The position numbers and the translations under genes were made by a program. A stretch of DNA of 28,527 nt from positions 1 to 28,527 of the forward strand of contig NW_021833516.1 of NCBI RefSeq assembly GCF_006345805.1. Reading direction: 5' to 3'. This stretch comes from Octopus sinensis. Its lineage: Eukaryota. This document shows, piece after piece, positions 21,537 through 28,527 of the stretch. Every line of letters starts with the position of its first letter. The first letter of the stretch is position 1. Below the pieces are notes generated by a model. That model searched no databases and had not been told where the DNA came from. It saw only the letters and a list, made by a program, of their open reading frames with translations.

Positions 21537-21568
<32 letters not shown>
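21270..21568 (+). mobile_element. Degenerate RTE 3'-UTR copy with (GAT)n tail
   Basis: aaaatgcacctattatactctgtaaagtggttggtg...agcatgcaaagtaaaatctaaaatgatgat. Confidence 0.65.
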
Positions 21569-21581
21569 ATATGTGATGCAG

Positions 21582-21755
21582 AAAGTAGTGAGCTGGCAGA
21601 AACGTTAGCCTGCAAGGCTAAGTGGTAAGTCTGGGACCAAAAGAAGTCCCAGACTTAAAAAAGTAAGTAATGGACTTGATTTATTTGGCTAAAACCTTCA
21701 AGGTAATGCTCCAGCATGGTTGCAGTTCAATGATTGCAACAAGTAAAATATAAAA
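21582..21755 (+). mobile_element. SINE A head fused to a SINE B 3' tail
   Basis: gtagtgagctggcagaaacgttagc followed by aaccttcaaggtaatgctccagcatggttgcagttcaatgattgcaacaagtaaaa. Confidence 0.55.
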
Positions 21756-21788
21756 TGTAAAAAGTGTACCATATATACACACAAGCAT

Positions 21789-21835
<47 letters not shown>

Positions 21836-23393
21836 CACATGCATGTACACACACATCCAAACATACACACATCTCTATACACACAAATAATAAGGAACAC
21901 TGGTGACCAGACTAACTATGAAGAACTGAAGATTACATTGGCTGTTTTACACAACTGGTTTATTCCAAGGAAGTCTATTATCATTTAATATCATTTAAGT
22001 TAGATCAAAATGAAGGCACATGGTGGTTTTACTTACAAAACCATTGTTTATCTCCAGAAACCTAACAAGAAAGGCATTTACAAATAGTTGCCCATTGTCC
22101 AATGAAAGAAACCAGTAGGAATGTTAACAAGATCATGGAAACAACATAAAAATATAAAATTTTGATTGGAATATGGAACGCCAAACCAAATTAATGTATA
22201 AATTATTGGCATGAAAATAACAAATGAATGTTTTATTGCTTTGTTAATGCAACATTAAAAGAGTCTAATATCAATATAGTATTTAATACTCTAGATTATT
22301 GGAACCTTCCAGTTACAGAGTAGATATTAAATCCACAATAGAAACAGTGCCAGAAAGAGGAGCTTCTGAAAAGAGTTTAAGTGGAAATGTTAACTTGGGA
22401 AAATGCCATAATATTAGATACAAGCTAGTGAAATTCAGATACACCCACAACTTCTAAAATTTCACATAAATATTATTCATGAAGTTGTATCAACATCGGT
22501 ACGTATTAAACTGAGGAAATACCATTAGAAATATCTCTACTTTAGAAGCAGCAGAAGAACATCTAGACAAAATGTCATCTGTCACTCTAGTGAGTAAAAC
22601 TAGCAGTAAAATAAAGTGCTGCACACTATTTTCAAGATCAACAAGAGGAAGAATAATTAATCTGAATGGAAGGAAACAAAAGAGATAAAAGTGCATATTA
22701 GGAGAACATTTTTATTTTTGTAACAATATTGTATAAATGCAAAAGGTAACACAACACCTGTTACTACAAGAGAGCATTAGTAATGTGCTTTTAACCTTGA
22801 TGTTAGAAAGAAAATAGAGGCAGAAATTGTTTTCTATAATTTATCAAATATTATAAATGAATAATAATATGTAATTAGTTTTAGACAATTAAAACGGTTT
22901 AGTGTGTGGTTGTGCTGTAATGATGCAAGAAGGAGACACTGTATAAGAAGAATATAATAGCAAAAGTATGACATAAAAATGATGCTGATAATCTTTTCAG
23001 TGGATCTATCACTTCAGAAGAATCTACTGTTATATTTATGTAAGGTTCTACAAGCTTGTGCAATACACATAGTTCTGTGGTGTCTATTCCAAAGACATCA
23101 ATTTCTTGGCAACATAAACGTGAAAGTGTAAAATTGTTCTTGCTGTAGTTGGTGCTGCTGCTCTTGCTGATGATGATAGAGAAAAGGAGGAAAGAGGAGG
23201 TTGTGGTGGAGAAACATTAAAATTTTTTTTGTTGTTTAACACTAGGCTAACACTGATCCAAAAAACCTTATGATGAAAAATGTTTTCCTGCTGTGACCTT
23301 CCCAGCTTTTTTTTTTTTTGTTTTACTTAGGAACAGTGACCTGATAACCTAAGACAGTACATGATATAGGTGTTAACTACTGGAACATGACAG

Positions 23394-23955
23394 TAATAAT
23401 AATAATAATGATGAAATTATTGTATACAGTGCTCAGGTGCACCACAACTTGTCAGAAAGTGCATATAAAGTCTGGAAAGCAAACAATGTATGAGTCAGAT
23501 ACATGCTTGTGTGTGTGTGTGGAGGGGAGAAAATCAGGTGTAGTGTTGGCGAATCTCAGAAAGCATGGAAGTTTTGAAGGATGCAGTGCTCCGACAACTA
23601 ACAACTGATGCTGGCAGTTTGTTCCATGCTTCAGCAACTCTCAGCATGAAAAAATGTTTCCTAAAGTCATGGGAGCTGTGCTGTTTTCTGACTTTGTAAA
23701 TATGTCCACGGGTGTTAGACGGGTGGATACATCAGGTCTGAACATTTTTATTTCCATTTATGTATTTTATAAGTCAATTTGTGAAAGATAGTTCCATTGA
23801 TTATAGGGTTCCAGAAGATCAATCACTATTCATGATATTTTTGATAGAGGATCAATGGTTTTTTTTTTTTTATTACTTTGCTAATGTTTGTACAACAACA
23901 GCACCCCATATATGGGTGCAGTACTCTAATGAGGGTTTTATTAGCAGTTTCTAGT
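23394..23955 (-). mobile_element. 3' fragment of a CR1-clade LINE
   Basis: 23719..23534 reads SNTRGHIYKVRKQHSSHDFRKHFFMLRVAEAWNKLPASVVSCRSTASFKTSMLSEIRQHYT* (classic TRGH / HFF-RV-WN-LP-VV-FK); upstream KTLI and EYCTHIWGA; (ATT)n tail. Confidence 0.92.
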
Positions 23956-23963
23956 GTATCATA

Positions 23964-24184
23964 TACCAAGGTGGCACTGAAAAGTTCCTGGCTTTAAGGG
24001 TATCACAAAAGGCCTGGCTGGAAACCCAACCTTCTGAGTTCTTTTACAAGGCTTAGAAAAACTGAGGGACTGCTGTAATAAGTGTGTGAATCAGAGAGGA
24101 TTATGTTGAATAAAATCATAATTAACTGATCCTCCTGTATTTTCTTTCACCCAAGGCCAGGAACGTTTCAGCATCCCCCTTATA
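23964..24184 (+). mobile_element. Mariner-derived MITE with TA flanks
   Basis: TIRs ggcactgaaaagttcctggcttt / aaggccaggaacgtttcagcatccccct; internal GLEKLRDCCNKCVNQRG-YVE* matches the mariner C-terminal KL..RW.KCV...G.YVE. Confidence 0.88.
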
Positions 24185-24189
24185 AAGTT

Positions 24190-24329
24190 GCATGGCCAAG
24201 TAGTTAGGGTGTTGGATTCATGATTGAAGAGTCACGGGTTTAATTCCTGGATCAATCCTCATATTTTTGCCCTTGAACAAGGCACTTCCTTCAATGTTGC
24301 TCCTGACTATTCAACTGAAAATGAGTACC
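24190..24329 (+). mobile_element. Truncated tRNA-derived SINE with conserved central domain
   Basis: tggccaagtagttagg (A box), gggtttaattcc (B box), ccttgaacaaggcactt...ttgctcc...caactgaaaatgagtacc. Confidence 0.65.
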
Positions 24330-24365
24330 ACCTGAGTGTCAGCACAGCACTCTGTTTTCTCTCAG

Positions 24366-24591
24366 GTAGTATGGAAGACAAGAGTGAAAGGAATTGCAAT
24401 TGGCATGTTCATCTCCAGTCTCGAGCTAATCGACTTTTTCGTTTTCCACATGAAACGGAAAATAAGGCTGGAGAAGAAATGTCTGTTGGAAAGTGTGTTT
24501 CGTAAAAGATGGAAGTCTATAGCAAGTACGTTGCGAGTGAAAGAACCTGTTTAAACGGGAATATAAAAAAGGAGAAAGCAAAGTCTTCAGT
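24366..24591 (+). other. Candidate 226-nt exon with a stop in all three frames
   Basis: ctctgttttctctcag|GTAGTATGG ... TTCAGT|gtgagt; non-repetitive and CpG-retaining. Confidence 0.4.
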
Positions 24592-25085
24592 GTGAGTATG
24601 TGGTTTGTGGGGTCAACCATGTCCTCTGCTTCAGTTTTTGTTAATCACTCATTCTCATTTAATTGTATATATTTTAATTGTTTGTTTATTCATACATTTT
24701 GTCTCATTCGATACCCTGACCCAATGATTGCTTTGTCTGTCCTCGTATCGTCCCCTCTTTTTCTCAAACTTATGGCGAATAAAGAAATTCTATCCTTCCA
24801 GCTGAAAACATTCTTTACTGTTTTGCTGATTCAAGGGTTGAGAAAGTATTTATGTCTGCTTGACACTACATAGACACCTAAAACAACTAGTGAAAGCATA
24901 GTACATACTACCAGATCATACTAGCTTGCAACTGACAGTTATGCTTTTTTTGTTTTTTTTGCATTTTTGGTTCTGAAAAGGGTCAGTAATAACTGATCAT
25001 GACAAGTATTTCCTGACACTAAAGAGAATAACTAGTCTTTGTGATGTGATTTTGACATCATCATCATCATTGTCATCATTGTGCT

Positions 25086-25145
25086 GGTGGTGGTGGTGGT
25101 GGTGGTGGTGGTGTTGACGATGATGATGATGATGATGATGATGAA

Positions 25146-25177
<32 letters not shown>

Positions 25178-25346
25178 GGATGATGATGATGAAGATGATG
25201 ATGATGAAGATGAAGATGAAGATGATGATGAAGATGAGGATGATGATGAAGATGATGATGATGATGACGATGAAGAGGATGATGATGATGATGATGATGA
25301 AGAAGTTGAAGATGATGATGAAGATGATGATGATGATGATGATGAT
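25086..25346. repeat. (GGT)n then imperfect (GAT/GAA)n tract
   Basis: Direct reading; source of the poly-H, poly-S and poly-M ORFs. Confidence 0.97.
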
Positions 25347-26283
25347 AGGGCTTCATGCATTTTGAAATGAATATAAATTTTAAATACAAAAATATAATAC
25401 ACATGTGCAGTCATGTTTTTTTCAACAGCTGTAATTGCAAGTCATTAAATCTATATGGAAATAAGAATTGAAGAAGAATGAGCATGAGACATCACTTTGC
25501 TAAACAGATATATATTGCTATTAGAACAATCCTTAAGCATTGATGAAAACTTCTAGTTTAGTTTTGTGCTGCTGAGTTCACAAGTCACGCAATATCATAT
25601 CTGGAAATAATAACTTTAGCAGAGAAACTTCTAGCTTAAGTTACTGACTTCCAATATGACTAGCCAGAGGTTTAGTTTGTACTAACTAAAGAATATAAGA
25701 GAGATGAGGGAAAGAAAACAGCATTCACGATATGAGTGAAACCAAAATTTTCTGCCTTTTGAATGTGCCTGTTACAAGCAGCAGAATTAAGAAGCAGAAT
25801 AAAAAAATATACCATTTTATCATTGTCTTGTAAACTTTTCCTGCAAAGAATTAGGACAATGTCATCTGACATACTGCCTATTGTGCTTTACACTTTCTCC
25901 CCCACTCTCTGCCAAAATCATTCTCTCTCTCTCTCACTCTCACACACACACACAAATACATACTTGAATATAATGAAGAACATGCAGGCATACACGCATA
26001 TATACCAATTCTGGAATATATCCAGTAATACAAATTCTCATGGATATTAATCAACTCCACTTTGAAGTCAATGACTTTAAATCTTGGCTATTCACCTTGT
26101 GGAATATTTTCTATAAGACTTCACTTCTATGAACATTAATTTTATATGTCTGATGAAAAAAAAAAAATTGCCATCAAACTTGGTTTCTACACATTTGTAG
26201 TTATTTCAGCAAGCATTCACTTCGCATTAAATCTAGGAAGGTTGTTTTTTGAAAGCATGCCAATAAAAATAATTTATTTCTAG

Positions 26284-26344
26284 ATGATTTTTACCCAACC
26301 AACCATATACAAAGTATATAATAACCTGTCTCGCTTTAAGAAAG
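26284..26344 (+). CDS. Candidate 61-nt exon
   Basis: aatttatttctag|ATGATTTTT...AAGAAAG|gtaagc (consensus donor); open in phase 0 as MIFTQPTIYKVYNNLSRFKK. Confidence 0.4.
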
Positions 26345-26738
26345 GTAAGCATATCTGTTTCTCGATATAGCTTGTTATGACTTTATCATAGCATATATGA
26401 GAAGTACAATAGAGTGGTTTCCACTGTCTTCTCCTGGTAGGTATGAAAGCTAATATTTTTAAGAGAGCTTTGAAATGGATGCTTCTTAGGCACATTATCA
26501 GTGTAGATGAACTGAAATAGCTAGTTAAAACTGGGAGCTAAAAGTGGATTCTGGGATGAGATCAATGAAAGACACATGCCAAGTGTTTACATTGTACTTC
26601 ATAACATGTCAAAGAAGAAGGAAACAAAAATATCATATATCAAAAAACCATAACTGCTGTGTTCTAAATATTTTTTTGTTATTGATATAGTATTCATTTC
26701 ATATTATATATCAACTGTTGAATAATGCCATAAGTCAT

Positions 26739-26855
26739 TATAGATTTCCAGCAGACCAATTGATGAACAACTGCATCCTTGGTCATAGGTTTCTAATTGA
26801 CCAATTGGTGAACAGTATCCCTCTTGGTTACAATTCCAATGGACCAATCCTTGGT
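26739..26855. repeat. Degenerate 45-bp tandem repeat (45+45+27 bp)
   Basis: Units 26739-26783 and 26784-26828 match at 31/45 positions; the third unit keeps both ends and lacks 18 nt. Confidence 0.75.
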
Positions 26856-27347
26856 TCACTGCATTTCTTTCTAATAGTGAGATTGACAAGGGAGTGTTTG
26901 TAACATGATGTTGAATAAATATGTTAAAAGATGTTGTTCATAACACAATTTTTTTGTGTTTTTCTTCTAATATGTATATTATTTATTGATATCCATTGGC
27001 AAAGATACACATGTGCACAAACACACACAAATAGAAGTCCATACGTGTGTGAAAATATATACATACATACATACATATATCTATATGGAAAATCTTATAT
27101 ATATATATATCATAATGGGTTTCCATATAGTTTGTATGTTATATTAATCACACAACTATGTCTATACTCTATTTACATCCATCTTGATGTTTTGTGTATC
27201 AAGTTTTCAACTAGCTAGCCTTTAATCTTCTTCAACAATACACACACACACACACACATTCACTCACATTATGAGAAGCTGGAGATTCTTGTATTGTTAC
27301 TCAGGGTAATTATTCCAGTGATTGAAGGAAGCAAAACAATAATATTT

Positions 27348-27590
27348 ATTCTTTTATTCTGTTACTTGTTTTAGTCATATGACTGCATCTATGCTGGAGT
27401 ACTGCCTTAAAGGTTTTGTTTTTTAGATGAAAAAATTGACCTCAGGACTTATTTTTTGGAAGCCCAGTTCTTATTCTATCAGTTTCTTTTGCTGATTTGC
27501 TAAGTTATGAGGACATAAACACGCCAACATCAGTTGTTAACCGATGGTGGGTGAGGACAACTACTGACAAAAAGACACACACATATAAAT
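27348..27590 (-). mobile_element. 3' half of SINE family B
   Basis: cttgttttagtcatatgactgcatctatgctggagtactgcc...cttattctatcagtttcttttgctg is the reverse complement of the family B tail. Confidence 0.8.
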
Positions 27591-27896
27591 GAAGACCTGT
27601 TGAGGCAAGTGAGAATCAAAATCGAAATCGATCAAAATCAATGGAAATTGTAGCTGTGATACCAGTGCCGGTTGCACGTAAGCCAACCATCCGAACATGG
27701 CTGTTGCCAGCGCCGCCCCGACGGGCCTTCATGCCAGTGGCATGTAAAAAGCACCATCCAATCGTGGCCGTTGCCAGCCTTGTCTGCCAGATCAGACTGG
27801 GCCTGGCGCAACCTTCCGGTTTCCCAGACCCAGTTGAACCGTCCAACCCATGCTAGCATGGAAAACGGACGTTAAATGATGATGATGATGATGATG
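27591..27896 (+). mobile_element. Young RTE 3'-UTR copy with (GAT)n tail
   Basis: CpG-rich; repeated tggcacgtaa/tggcatgtaaaaagcacc units; ends ccaacccatgctagcatggaaaacggacgttaaa(tga)n. Confidence 0.88.
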
Positions 27897-27969
27897 AATA
27901 TATTAATATATGTATATATACATACATATATGTACATACCTACATCTATATGTATATATACATGCATAT

Positions 27970-28527
27970 ATGGGTACAGGACATCAAAAAAACGTTGAAC
28001 ACAATGAGAAACGAAAACATAAAAACAAAAAACATGGAAACAAACTTTTTTTCAAACAACGAAAAAAAAGAGTACAAGACATACAACACAAGGAATATTC
28101 CCCTTCTTCAGTTGTCCCTGTTTTGTCTACTCCGTGTTTCGAAGGTAAGGACAAGACGCAACTTCGTTGAAACAGTCCTTCCCACAAAGCAAATTAAATA
28201 AAATTAGGGATTATTTTGCAGAGGGGTAAAAGTGGAAACAAGAACAGGACAGTAAGAATAAAAACAATACAAGTAAAAACAGTAAAAGACAGGACAAAGA
28301 GAATAACACGGTAAAAACAAACGATGAGGGCTGTTAAGCCAAGACGATGGAAAAATTATTTTGAACGCGTTAAGGAGACAGCTTATGAGAGGGACAGAAT
28401 AAGCCAGCTTGACAGTTGCAAAGATGGCTTCCCTCTAGTCACGTGTCAGTGATGAGAGAGTCAAGGAGAAGGAGTAAGAGAGAGGGAATGGTGAAGGGTA
28501 GAGAAGAATAGGGAAGGGTGGGAGAGA
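27970..28527 (-). mobile_element. Unclassified interspersed repeat, runs off the window
   Basis: CpG-retaining, strongly purine-skewed block starting at a TA/TACA microsatellite; no recognisable ORF. Confidence 0.4.

Noticed and set aside
22294-22700. Protein-like open stretches (LLEPSSYRVDIKSTIETVPERG..., NISTLEAAEEHLDKMSS...)
   Set aside because: Short frames broken by stops, no donor consensus and no recognisable family.
24366-24550. Minus-strand LIFRFMWKTKK resembling a Tx1/L1 post-RT motif
   Set aside because: The flanking conserved residues (upstream YL..P, downstream GGLG) are absent; similarity is too short.

Overview
AT-rich, microsatellite-dense eukaryotic DNA, intronic or intergenic. 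The repeat families look like those of Octopus or another coleoid cephalopod; this is my inference from recalled family consensus motifs, not from a database search. There is no intact protein-coding gene, and nearly all supplied ORFs are translations of simple repeats. The window holds decayed retroelements (RTE and CR1 LINE fragments, several tRNA-derived SINE families), MITEs (one mariner-derived, one GATC-ended with internal TTAGGG), long simple repeats, and a few candidate + strand exons, including a 23-nt microexon at 5196-5218. The most striking signal is eight minimal type-I hammerhead ribozyme (HHR) motifs from five unrelated short elements. Three of these elements are head-to-head palindromes with an outward-reading HHR in each arm: one has a compensatory U3-A8 core, one a C4 core, and one is fused to a tRNA-like Pol III head. 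This points to a diverse set of Penelope-like-element (PLE)-dependent, ribozyme-carrying non-autonomous retroelements. All structures were folded by eye and none has been tested computationally or experimentally.
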